64,000 nt of DNA from Botryllus schlosseri (lineage: Eukaryota), in assembly GCA_051294905.1 (NCBI GenBank), contig CM119372.1:35032001-35096000 (forward strand), given 5' to 3'. The position numbers were made by a program, and so were the translations under genes. The notes under the pieces are model-generated. The model was not told where the DNA came from and did not search any database. It saw only the letters and a list, made by a program, of their open reading frames with translations. This document shows, in pieces, positions 1-12,430 of this stretch (positions are counted from its first letter, which is position 1; every line of letters begins with the position of its first letter).

Positions 1-480
1 GACGTCGTACTATAACCTTCTTAATAATATGGATTCGACGCTTTTCATGATAGCGTTGGCAAGTGATAAGATGCGTGGTTTTGTTGAGAGTTTGATTTCA
101 AGTTGATAAATACAATACTGTATAATGTGCGTACTTGTGATTCTTGATTCTTTTAGGGTTAGTTGGTATTGATTCTATAGGTGTGAAAACAGCGGCGCGG
201 AATGTGTGAACAATCCGATGCGGCTGAAAGTCGGCGTCAGTAATATTCAGGTTACGTTCGATTCAACAGATCGCGTTAAAAGGATTTCTCAAATGATTAG
301 AGTTTTACCGAATTAACACATTAAGATACGAATCAAATTGAGTTGTGTAGTAAATTTCATTTCAAGTTGACAAATTAACACATTGATTGAATATTCTCAT
401 GATTCTTATCACTTAACTAAAGTCGACCACTATTCCAAGGATATGAAAACATATAGCGACCACCAGAATGTGTCAAATTG

Positions 481-1050
481 TTGGTTTTTGAATCACCGTC
501 TGCGACGGCTCCGTTCCAAACTAATTACCGAAATATTACCTTGTGAGCGATCGGTATGTCTGTAACACCAAATCATGAGGGATCGCTATGTCTGAAGCAT
601 TACCATGTGAGAGGTCGTAGGATTTTAAAATTATTTCACACCTTTTTGAATAAGAGTTGACTTCGCAAAGGATTAGGGTTAGAGCAGAAATAAGTGAGAA
701 TTTGTCGGTATTCGAATCACCGTCTGCGACGGTTCTGTTATTGGTTACTTTTCAAATCTTACCAGCGAAATCAAGTTCCGTGACAAACTGATTAGTAAAA
801 TTTCACCGCCTGAGCGATCGGCATGCCTGTAACACCAAGTCACGAAAGATGGCTACGTATGTGACATTATCATGTCGGCGATCGCGGGGTTTGTAATATA
901 TTTCACACCTATTTGAAGTGTTACTTTGTGAGCGTGGTTATTGTTGATATTCGAATCGCCGTCTACGCCGGCTCTGTGGCAAACTAATTACCAAAATATT
1001 ACCAAGCGACTGATTCCTAGATTTAGCAAACTATTTCACACCCTTTTTGT
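481..1050. repeat. Three degenerate tandem copies of a ~220-240 bp unit (third copy shortened)
   Basis: GAATC(A/G)CCGTCT(G/A)CG(A/C)CGG recurs at ~490, ~714 and ~953. Each copy is later followed by a TATTTCACACC motif. Confidence 0.75.
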
Positions 1051-1269
1051 TGAAATTATGACATACCCCCCGCAGCCTATACCCGAAAGTACGAATCACC
1101 GCCGCGCCCATAAGAATAACGATATATTATGTCACAATCACCGTAAACGTTAGGATTAACTCGAATCGGTCATATATATTAATTTGGAATATACACATTA
1201 AGGATCAATCACGTGATCAATCTACTTGATACATATTCAACACCATACGAAGTTCGACATACCAACAAC

Positions 1270-1540
1270 GAAGCCGCGTGGGAGCGGGTGCTATACCTGA
1301 AAGGGTTACCATGCGACCTCAAGACACAATAGCCGCATGCGAGCGATAGGGGGTCGAAAAAGGTGGTCCTTCGAACACGGGTTTTCGAAGCCACGTGCAA
1401 GCGATTCCTATACCGAAAAGGGTTACCGTGCGAGAGGGCCCATAAGACGCAATAGCCGCGTGCGAGTGATAGGGGGGTCAAAAGGGTTACCGTGCGAACA
1501 CGAGTTTTCGAAGCCGCGTGCGAGCGGGCCCATAAGAACC
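1270..1540. repeat. Degenerate ~120 bp tandem repeat, about 2.3 copies
   Basis: Recurring blocks GAAGCC(G/A)CGTG, AAAGGGTTACC, CAATAGCCGC and GATAGGGGGTC. The ORFs called here are by-products of the repeat. Confidence 0.75.
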
Positions 1541-2581
1541 CCTGCCACACCACGAGCGATTATAATAACTACTTACGTTTATGCGTTTCACTATCTTTTG
1601 ACTATATAGCGGACAAGAGGTAACAAATTAACAACATGTAACGAATTTATTGTACCGACGGGCACGCCCGAATATGTTTGATTAATAATTACGCGGCCTT
1701 CATTTTCATATACAACAGCTCCCTCAGCGCTACTGGTAAATCTGATTACGTGAGTTGAGAGGATAAAAAGTTTATAGCGTCGTATATATGCAAATACCAG
1801 CGATTCATTCATGCATTATAGAAAATGTTGGCGCCTAGGGCGACCAGGTCACACAAACTTTGCTCACAATCGATATCACGGTCAGCGTTCTTGAGGGCGA
1901 AGCCCTCAGAAGTTTGATTTATCACGCTATCGGTGCGCAAGACAATCGTACTTCAGGGGGGCTGACGAAGTGCTATTACGGTCCTCCCTCTTACCCATTG
2001 TCGATATTACAGTCCTTACAATATGAGTTGGGGGCGCTGGCGCCCGATAATTTTTGACAGGGGGCGCTGGAGGAAAAACATTAAGAACCACTGGTGTAGA
2101 CTGATTATCTTTTTTATCTTTCGTAATCTACAATTGTGTTGCCACAGTGAATCAATCAATCAATTATTCAATCAATCTATCTCCTTCATAAACTTTCATA
2201 ATACTGTAGTGTGGGCATGAGAACTGTAAATTCATGGACCCATCGAAAGGTGATAATTTAAAAAAAAAATGTGTGCCATTCATAAAATACTTGGGAAACC
2301 GCTTATAGACATTGCACTAAATGGTAGTGATGGTGGTGACTCAATTTAGCCGCCTTTTGCCATGCTGGACATGGCCTATGTATGTTTCGTTGTTTCCACT
2401 TATGGGGACGAGATTTATTTACAATCACCCATAGTATTAGTGGAATTTTTAACTGAATGAAGGGAAATCCCATCAAACTACATCCACACATGAAAGGTTG
2501 AATTTTGAAATTCTCCTTATGTGTGTTTAAAAATGACGCTGCGGCTTGGGAACCAGATTCATTCCTATATGCTGTATTAAG

Positions 2582-5553
2582 GTCATCCAAATATGCGTAA
2601 ATTCGCGCTACGTCACGTTGACAAATGATAACGAGTTCATCAGCATTGGAGGAGATGATGTCGTGGGACTTTTTAGCAAAAAGGTGAGACATCTTACAAA
2701 AATACAACATATTTGCATACGAACTTATATGTCAGGACATGCCAATATTAAAATGTACTTCCTGGTGTTTCACGGTATGTTTCAAGTTACTTCATGACAT
2801 TTGTCCCTTTACCACAGGACTCTTCGCTGACAGTCAAAGCAGGTCATATTTTCACATCTGTCGTGTATTTGGGAATACTGCTCCAACCAGACATAATGAT
2901 ATTACCTGACCATCAATTCCATATCGTTCAGGACGACTTACGGAAAGCTTCGGCAACGAATATCGAAAAGGTTTAATGATGGGTTTTTTATCTACACATG
3001 TTACTTTGTCTTTGATCGTAGTATAACGCTCTGCCCATCCCTTAATTAGGATAGGAAGTACTGATTTACGCCTTGATATCGATAAGTCATATGTTTGTTC
3101 ATTACGTTCATTACACGCTTTCACACTTTCTAGTCTGATCGGTGCGTGAGTGGAAACCTTCAATAATATTGTAGATGACACCAGGGCTCGCTTTACTGAA
3201 AATTGCCTGGCCTATCCCCAAGTTACTATCATGTTCAATTATTTTTAAGCCAACGTGTAACGTTACTTTCAGATCAGTACCATGACGCTAGACTGCACTG
3301 AAGCAACGACAATCGATTGGTCCTTAATAAAAGCATTTGCAGATAAGTACAAGGTCACCTTACCGGGGTGTAGCAAAAATATTATATTCAATATCGTCTT
3401 TTAATTTCATTTGTAGGTTAAAACTCTGGATGTTGCTATAATTGCTGCGGCTACGAGTCCTGAAGAATGTAAAAGGATTTCGAAACACAGGGATGAAATT
3501 TCAAGCTATGGTATTGACGTAAATATTCAGTGGTTGTACGAGATTCAGAATGCAGAAGACGCTTTGTTTATGCATGATGACTATAAGCAAAAATCGGTAT
3601 GGGATAAGTCATGCCATTGGACGCTTCAGTCAGAAATTGCTTGAACGCCTATCTTTCTTTTCAGGTCGGTTATGTCATATCGGTACTCACCTACCCCGCA
3701 TCGCTTGACGAGATTCTCAATATTATCTCAAATTGCAATTCAAAGAAACTCACACTGATGTCCCAGTTTCACGGTAGCATGCTCAGTGACACGGAACTGG
3801 ACACCATTCAGGCGCATTCACGAAGCCGTGGACTCGATACAACAGTTTTGTTCGGTGAGTTGAGTATTTAGTAACATTCACTGACGCTTGTGCATAACGA
3901 TATGTGTCCCATATGGAGATTGAACGGCTCTTCAATGTTTAGCCATTTACGGAAAAGTAAATTACCAATATTAACTAATGTGTTTAGAAATAAGAATTAC
4001 GCCAATATCATTGACTGAGTAGGCCTTCCCGTTGCAGGGTATAATGAACATATTTATAGGCGTAATGACTGTTCGTTCATGTAGTTTCACAGCACGATCA
4101 CAACACGAGTACTCTCATGAACAGGGTACCGAACAATGATCCAATTTCCGGGTTTCTAATTTACTTTATAACAATCATTTAAAGGTTGTTCCCATGCATT
4201 TAATACATTGATAATGAGGGCTCCATACAAACGTCGGAGAGCGTATGATTAGTGATTACTGGCGTAAGGGGGGAAGAGGTAGGCCTACCCCGAACCGCCA
4301 CCTTAGCGCACCAGCGTAGGTTATGATCGTTCCATAACGGGACTAGTGTAAATATGCATCCTACGAATAAGTTGGATTATAGAGAAAAGGGGTAAGGGAA
4401 CGCACTTACTCGATTTCGCCGAACGTCAACAACCGAAGAAGTAACGTTTAAATTCTACTGTAATATCATCATGTAATGCAAATGATTGAAAACAAAATAG
4501 TTAAGCTCTCTCTTAAGTAGGTATTAAAAAGGCACGTATCATCGCTTACACGCCCTCCCCGTATAACTAGTCTACCGCCGGTGATGCATGGTATACCTAG
4601 TACGTCACCTTAACAGATTGTTGCTTCCTCAAATCAATCGGAATAATAAAATGCAGTCTATACAAAATATCTTGGTCTAGTTAATTGGTACAATGTTACT
4701 TTTCTGCGATAACGTTACGTACGAACAAACTATTCCACAGATCTGGAAATCCCTTCCGAAACGGTTACAGTTTTCGTCGGACCAAACGCAAAGGAAATAG
4801 AAGTTGGGGGCAGTAGCGTTCGATTTGCCACTGACAGTTTCAAGGAAGTTGAAGAAGTCACTGTCCGATCAGAAATTAACCCGATGAAATATCCAAGAGG
4901 AAGGGAAGCCATCGCACCTACTTTGACCATCAACGCTCCAAACTTGAGAGTGCCAGCAACGGTGAAACTACATACATGGTGCATGGCGGAAGGGTGCGAG
5001 GACGAGATCGATATAATGCGTTATGATGACAAGACCATGATATGGGAAAAGATAGACTGCGATATTGTTGTAGATTGCAATTTTATTTCATTCAACAGAT
5101 CTCACTTCTCTCCTGTCGGTGCATTCTGTAAGACAGGGAATAGTTCGTCGAAAATGTCCTACTTTATGACACCACTCGTTTACTACATGGATGTGGGCTA
5201 TTCGTTGGCTTTGATCGCGAGAAACAGGCTAATGAAGAAGCGTTTAGAACGACGCATGAGAAAGGATTACGGGAAAAATGTAAAGAGACACCAGTTCGCA
5301 ACTTACCGTTTCAAAAGTAAAAATCGCATAAACATGTCAATCAGCTGTCCGAATCATCCGAATTCGTATTTTATGCCGGATGCAACTTTTGATAAAAGAA
5401 TTAGGGATATAAAAAGAAATGAACCTGAACCAGTCTTCCGGAAATACACTCTGGAAAATATTCCACCAATGTCAGATACAATTTCGATACAATGGGAGTT
5501 GAAGAAAGATGGCGAGCAGTATGACGTCGGATCATTTCATCCTTTTAAAAGAG
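2582..5553 (+). CDS. Multi-exon gene encoding an uncharacterised N-terminal region followed by a ZU5 + UPA-like module with an HFS motif (PIDD1/UNC5CL/FIIND-like); 5' and 3' ends unresolved
   Basis: Exons 2582-2683, 2818-2970, 3273-3353, 3417-3596, 3665-3854 and 4741-5553 all have AG/GT boundaries and splice in one open frame (intron phases 0,0,0,0,1). The last exon reads VFVGPNAKEIEVGGSSVRF...EAIAPTLTINAPNLRVPATVKLHTW...WEKI...FNRSHFSPVG, which fits a ZU5 pattern. Possible small downstream exons lie near 5736-5755, 5902-5939 and 6422 onward. Confidence 0.7.
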
Positions 5554-7500
5554 GTCAGTTTTTTACAAATTATATCCATAAATCATATTGACTCAATTAA
5601 TAGGATAATTAGATATTTTAGATGTAAAAATAAATATGAGGATATTGTGCCCATTCAATATCTGGCAATTAGTTACAGTCGCTATAAATTTTCTAATACA
5701 ACATCGTACAATCGCACAGACCTGGATTCCCACAGCTGATTACGAAAAGTATGATGTGAGTAGCATTTTTGAATTTCTTTCGTAAATATCGGAGATTTTT
5801 GGGGAACCTCACAAAAACTAGTCTCCGTCGAACTCGTAAATGATCATAATGGATGGCCTTATATAATAATTCTTATGTTCAATGAACACATCTTGCAATA
5901 GAATACGTCAAAGCATGCGTCGTCGGGTACAGCGAATTCGTGAGTGATATTCACTATCTTTTTACTGCAATTTTGCTTCGAAAATTATACAACATTCGTG
6001 TCAAACTCGGCAGATTAGATTTAGCTGGAGTAGATCCATAGGACCCCTAACCATGCTATAGGCCTATGTTAGTGAATCAACAAATACGACAATGTAACCG
6101 GTTATCATGCCTACCTCTAAAATGCAGCGATGAATTATCGAAAAGTTTGTGACACTTTGATGTGACAAGCTACGAATGTAAGCAAAGGGACGTTATTCCA
6201 TACATAACGCCGAAAGTTTGATTTTGGATTCCCGCCTCGCAATACTAGCTGTACTCAAATGAACTTTAGACTGCCTGACTGCACTTATAGTAATGGACGT
6301 TGAAGTTAATGTTGCTGAAAGCGAAAACTTATTTAATTGCAGAAACGTTTTGCATCCACGAACCTTGCCATTTTGTTGAAGACGAATTTGGAAAGATCAT
6401 AATTGTAACTTTTTCATACAGCAAGTCGAACTTCAACAGCAGTGGAGAAGCCATCGGGATCAAAATATTTATTCATTAAAAACATGAAGCTGACTGCGAG
6501 GAACGTGCTGACAGACCATGCCAAATTAACGGAAGATCACGATGGAACTCATGAGAGCATACATTCAAACCAAACTTGAATTCACCTACGCAGTTAGTGA
6601 AACAATGACCGCCTTTGCGATTTACCTGTCATCAATGGACTAGACAATGTGTAGCGTTAAACGAAACGATGGTGAGATTTGTCACTTGGTCAATAAATAC
6701 CAGCAAAAAGCAAAATTTGTGACAAGCAAGTCGCATTGCGCTATTGCTATATCATTTGCATACTGAATCGATTAGGTCTGCATAAAGTCTTTAATTATAT
6801 ATTAGACATATACAGCGTTTCATTTTTAACTGCGGTGTAGTATTTCCGAGTATCAGTCGATTAGTCCACGTATTTCTTAAAACATTGACAGATCCAGATT
6901 TGAACAGAATTTCTTATGTATGTGAGCGGTTATCAAATCAAATCTAGGCCCGTGCTCATCGGTCGTAAATGCGGGGTGACCGGTTTTGTCCACTGGTGCG
7001 TGAACGTGGACAGGGTGTGTTCAGATCAAAATCTTCAATTTATTAATACGGAGAGATCCCGAATGAATTCTATCGATCCGAATCGTACCCCTAGACCGAA
7101 AACCGTCACCTGTTCTCTCTGATGCCTGCTACCAGTCCATATAATAATATGGTATATATTTAGTGTCTATATTGAATCGTATGATTGGTTACTTGGAAGA
7201 TATAAGACGATTTATTTATATCGGCCATTCGTTGTGTTCTTTCATTTCTCCGTAGGGATAGCAATTATCATCGTACAATATATATTGGCCCATTACAGTT
7301 ATGAATAGTGTATGTACCCTATATATATGTATACCGTTCCTGGCGACAATGATTTTATCTGTATATTATATAATGATCTTTGTCTGCTAGTACTGAGTTG
7401 ATTATTCAACATTGTAGTCTGTATCAGTGCTTGTAAACCTTTTTGGAATGGTACGCTCGTCGATTAGTGATAGAGCTGTGTATCGCAGTGTTCTGACATT

Positions 7501-7530
7501 ATAAATAAATAAATAAATAAATAAATAAAT
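7501..7530 (+). repeat. (ATAA)n microsatellite, possibly the 3' tail of a non-LTR retroelement
   Basis: ataaataaataaataaataaataaataaat. Confidence 0.8.
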
Positions 7531-7822
7531 GTATGTAGTTCTACAAGCACGAAGTGTCATCATTTGTCAATTGTCGATGTGAATGATTCTGTCGAGGACG
7601 TGCACTGAATAAACCGATAATTTCAATTTAGCATCTCTTCATATGTAAATACATCTCTTATTGTTCAATATATGCCTCTGGAATGATGATATTGACAGGG
7701 ATATGACCTCGATAATGAGCATGGAAGGTGAGCATATCAATGAAAATGTAAAACGGTGTTTAAAGTATTGAAAGGTTGCTTGTAAGTTTCAATGAAGTAG
7801 CTAGGCAGTTATACGTTATCAT

Positions 7823-8450
7823 TAGGGCGATTTTTACCTAAAAAACGGAAGATTTTGACCTAAAAAGTCTAAATTTTGACTTTTTTGACCTAAAAAAAAA
7901 CTGACATTTGACCATATTTTGACCTCACGTATGCAAATTAGGTGTTTTCGCACATTATGTGGAAATTGTACTACTTATCTTCATTCCTGGTTGGAACTGT
8001 CTGTCCTTACAAAGTAGATGGGCCTGACAAAACGTTTTTGACTCAAAAACTGACAAATTTTTACATGAAAAACTAGTATTTTAACGAAATCTGGCCCTAT
8101 GCAGAATTCCAGTAGTTACATTACGTATTATAGTGGAAATAATTAAAATTTGTTGTAGTACAACGAAAGAAAGATACTTTCCTACATTCTCGGGTAGAAA
8201 GTGTCTGCCCTTACTAATTAGCTTGCCAAGAATGGAGAAAGAACGTTCAACAGCAGCAGTTGTTGACTGACAACACTGAAGTTGTGCGCACACTGCTGGT
8301 GACACACCGTGTTGCTTCATTCTGACAATGTTGTCTATATCAGTGCTCTTCAACCTGACTGGTACACCCCTGACCGGATAACTCCGTACAGTAATCCTAG
8401 ACCAAGGCTGTTCACTGTTCAACCTCCTTGTTATTCACGGCCGTGCTTCG
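7823..8450 (-). mobile_element. hAT transposon remnant: transposase C-terminal dimerisation region plus subterminal repeats
   Basis: ORF 8081-8422 (-) contains QSTTAAVERSFSILGKLI...FLPENV, matching the hAT TS(A)xxERxFS motif. TTTTGACC repeats and a TAGGGC terminus occur at ~7823-7925. Confidence 0.75.
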
Positions 8451-8518
8451 ATTCCTTGCATAGCATACAATCGCATTCCGGCGTAGAGTTGTAATGGCCC
8501 ATCTGGGCGTCATATAAT

Positions 8519-9256
8519 CAGGACTCTAACTGCCGCACCCCAAACCAATCGATTGGGGGGGGGGCGAGCTCGAAGGAGGCCCAAACTTATTTATTGAATA
8601 AACATAAATTATCTAGTTTATTTTAAAAATTTGTTCAACTTTATTCAATTTTTTTCCTATGCTCGATTTAATGTCAAATTTCTTGATTATTGGGTAGCCT
8701 TCCCCAAGATAAAATATGCAAGATTAATAGCAATGGGCAGTTCTGGTGTCGGCCATTATCGTGCCACGACTCTCCAAGAAATTTAACAAAATGCGATCCT
8801 AGAAGTGTGCCAGAATGATCGGCAGCGAGAAAACATTGGCCAAAAAGGACCGCCCTTGTCCTGACTGAAAACCCCGAGGGGACCAAGGGGCGCGCCCGAA
8901 TTATTTTTATTTACGGGCCCTACATTTTCCAAAACATTTCATTTTGATTGTAAATCTTAAAGTAAATCTGATTACCTGGGCAGAGAGAGAGAATAACAAA
9001 CTTTATAACAATATGTATGCAATTTCTGATATTATTGACGGATTCAATCTCGAATTATAGAAAATTTTACTCCTCGCGCGGTCTTACGCTATAAACTAGC
9101 ACTCTAACGTGTATTACAAATTTCGCTGACAAAGTAGCGGTTATAAATCGCAGACCGTGATGAGAGGCCTACTGTTTGGTTTATGACGCTATGGGGACCA
9201 ATGCCAAGACCAATGTTTTTTTAGGGGGGGGCTGACGAAGTGCTGTTTCGGCCCTG
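8519..9256 (+). mobile_element. MITE family A (TIR consensus CAGGGCCG(T/A)AAC), near full-length copy
   Basis: Starts caggactctaactgccgcacccc and ends gctgtttcggccctg. Flanked by catataat / catatact (7/8 TSD match), which indicates the hAT type. Related copies lie at ~1560-1986, 25160-25900, 33632-35939, 44409-45377, 50669-51620 and 58973-60153. Confidence 0.8.
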
Positions 9257-10011
9257 CATATACTGCATATATATGTTAAATTGGCTATTGGCAACTTCAC
9301 GGCGCCGAGAGCGCTTGTGGTGTTCTGCGCCATCACTGACTTCTTGAGGTATACCTAGCGTATAGAAGTTTTTAATTGTAACAGTAGTCGCGCGGGGCGC
9401 TAAAAACTTTTACATGTGGAAGATTTATTTCGTCTATAATATGGGTAATTTCATATATTACTGTCAACTATTTATCGATTATTGGTACACGTTAATGATT
9501 AAGCCAGTGGTTCCCAACCTGGGGGTAAAATTACCCCCCGGGGGTCAATTTGGCATTTTTGGGGGGGGTAAAAAGGGGTCGGATTTTAAGTAAAAAAATA
9601 ATTGTTGTATTCATTGTTTTCTTCGTACTTTTGTGAAAAAAAATATAAAAATTCAAAGGTGACTTTCGTCAGTGGGTGTGCACAGCTTTTCCAAACTTCA
9701 TAATGGCGCCGTCCTATCATAGCAATTTACAGCGAAGCCAAAGAGGAAGTCAAAGCACGATGCGATCATAGCAATTTACAGCGTAGCTGGCATGGAGAGT
9801 TCCATCTGAATACGATCGATGTTGTGGTTTACAGCGACACCTATCGCTAGCGTAATACTTTTTAGCCGTCATTCAGATTTCAGAACAGAGATGTAAACAT
9901 TAGCCGTACTAACGCTGTCTTCCGATACTTGTGGAGATCATTTCAATAGTTGCTAAATTAGGATATATAAAAGCAATGTTTTCTTCTGTGTGATGACTGC
10001 ATCTATTCTGC

Positions 10012-10111
10012 NNNNNNNNNNNNNNNNNNNNNNNNNNNNNNNNNNNNNNNNNNNNNNNNNNNNNNNNNNNNNNNNNNNNNNNNNNNNNNNNNNNNNNNNN
10101 NNNNNNNNNNN
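10012..10111. other. Assembly gap (100 N, true size unknown)
   Basis: Run of exactly 100 n characters. Confidence 0.99.
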
Positions 10112-10112
10112 T

Positions 10113-10459
10113 GAAGACGAAAGTGGATAGTGCGAAATGGAGGATGGGTAGATGATTTACAAGCTTTGCTTGGGATGTACAAATTATCTTTTAGCATGAG
10201 ATATATATTGTATCTGCTCTCCAGAGCCCATATCATCTCTAGATGATGAAACTCAGCTTTACCTTACAATTCGCATCCCAATTCATATTCTACGACACGA
10301 TAACTTTCCTCCGTATGATCATCAAGGCTTCTATTTTTGTTGCAGGATGGCTTTGTAGGATTCTTTGATAATACCGCTTTCGACTACAATAAAGTTTGGA
10401 AGGGACTCGTGTTTGTCGGAATCGGACTGACATCTATTGCAATGGCATTATCAAGATAA
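10113..10459 (+). CDS. Partial second copy of the Bcl-2-family gene: end of exon 1 (10113-10147) and exon 2 (10346-10459); 5' part lost in the gap
   Basis: Reads ...KWIVRNGGW|gt...ag|DGFVGFFDNTAFDYNKVWKGLVFVGIGLTSIAMALSR*. It is the reverse complement of 17726-18072. Confidence 0.8.
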
Positions 10460-11769
10460 TGGATGTTCGCATGTTTTGTCTCATGTAATATTTTAGGAAT
10501 AAAATTCTTCATCGTTTAATCGCATCCATTTTACTGAAGGATCTATACAGTTTCTTCTGAGAATACTCGAAGGATTGCCCCATATGGAAACCTTCTTTAT
10601 ACTTTTAATTTTTCAAATTTCTACAGCTACGTAAGGGAATTGTTAGGGTTACCCAGAATACGCTGCAGGTCAAATTTGATTCGATTACTGACATTATAGG
10701 GACAGAGATTTGCGATAGTGTAAAATAACCTACCTTACGACATCAAATTTCGTCTTCTCTCCAAATGGAAATATAATGTTCTATAATATTGTCTATACCG
10801 AACAAATATAAATTTGCCTGTGCTGTTGCTTTGCAAGAATACTTCGCTCACATAGTAACGAATTTCTGGTGATAAAGCTTCAGCCATGATACTCTGGTGA
10901 TTTTTTTTCAATATAGTTGAGAAATGAAATAACGCACCCTTCGGACTGTGTAACCTGTTCCATTTTTATACGCTTGTAAGTCGTCCCGGGCTTGCGTGTG
11001 TCAACGGGTATGCAGTAATCATTTTCTTCGCTACCTGAAATGGAGCGAGTTAGCTTCAAACTCAACGCATTAGCATACCGAATTTAAATATAGACGATAA
11101 ATAATATACAGTATAGCTCCACTTAATTAATTCATAATATTTTAACTACCGCGAGATTCGAGTAATAAGCGGGGCTAGAGACTCTACCCTTAACAGAGAA
11201 CTTGCATATACATTCGAATTTACGCGACTTCGGCTATATTGTCGGTTAACATTATAGCCGCGCACAGAACTCATTATTACGTTATAAGCTATTGGAGAAA
11301 TCTCAACGTAATTCAATCTGCGTGCACAATCCACGTAAGCTAATGCCGCATCGAGAAATCATAGCTAAATTTAGTTTAAATCGACACGAAAATACATGGA
11401 TCTTACCTTGCCTGCGATGCCTGCCTCATTCGCTGTGCACATGAAAATACTTGAAACAGAAATGTGAAGTTTTCAGAATGCGAATTGCTTTACGTCGGAA
11501 GTAAGCATTCTAATTCGTATCGCCAACGCGGCATTTTCTTGGAAACGCAACTTTATTTATAATGTTCTAATTCATATTGTCGATGTGGCCCGACTTCTTG
11601 GAATCGTAATCAACTATATTCGTGGCGCATTTACACGCGTCAATTTCTTGGAATAGTATTCGGCAATATGCGCGGCGCATGAGCTTTCGCGTGATTGTAG
11701 GCATCTATGCTCGTAAAATAGGGCTTTCGTTGATATTAAACTGGGCTAATTTCGAAATGTAAATTGAAA

Positions 11770-12430
11770 AACTCAAATATCGCATAGAAGGACTTGCCAA
11801 ATTTTCGGTATATATTTGCTATTTTTTCACGGTAATGATAAGTCATTCACGACAGCGAAATGCATTGTAGGAAATAGATGACACTGGTACAATTCATCAA
11901 GACCCCTGAAAAAAAAAGTACATTACATTTCAACATTTTATTAGCAGGTAATCGAAATACCACAAACTGTGCTAACCTTTGGAGTTGCTAAGTAAAGAAG
12001 TACACGTACTTTTTCAGAGTATACCAAGTAGGTTTTTTGCATACATGCACCAAATACTCTCAAGTCCTTATGATATCGGAGTGCTTCAACTTCATGATAG
12101 TTATAGTATTAAGCAGAAATATATCTGGAGTACTAACGTTTTACTTACTCGGAAATGACTGCTTCTATCTTATTTTAAAGGATTCCTCGCTCGACGCGTA
12201 ATTTTATGAGGTTTTGAATAATATCCAACATATAGGCTCACTTTGAAGTGTACTTCGTAAAACTCAAATATTGCACAGTGAGAGTTCGCAAATTCTCAAT
12301 GTATTTTTGGTATTTTTATTGCGGTAAGTCATTCTGCGGCGCGAAAATGCATCGTAGGATATAGATGAAACTGACACCGCTCACCAAGGCCACTGAAAAG
12401 AAGTCCATTTCAACATTTTAGTAGCAGTAA
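11770..12430. repeat. Diverged direct duplication of ~180 bp (11770-11950 versus 12260-12430), mirrored in the right palindrome arm
   Basis: Both copies start aaaactcaaatat and end atttcaacatttta(t/g)tagcag. Confidence 0.75.

Noticed and set aside
481..1550. CRISPR-like array
   Set aside because: The units are long and degenerate with no unique spacers, there are no cas genes, and the context is eukaryotic.
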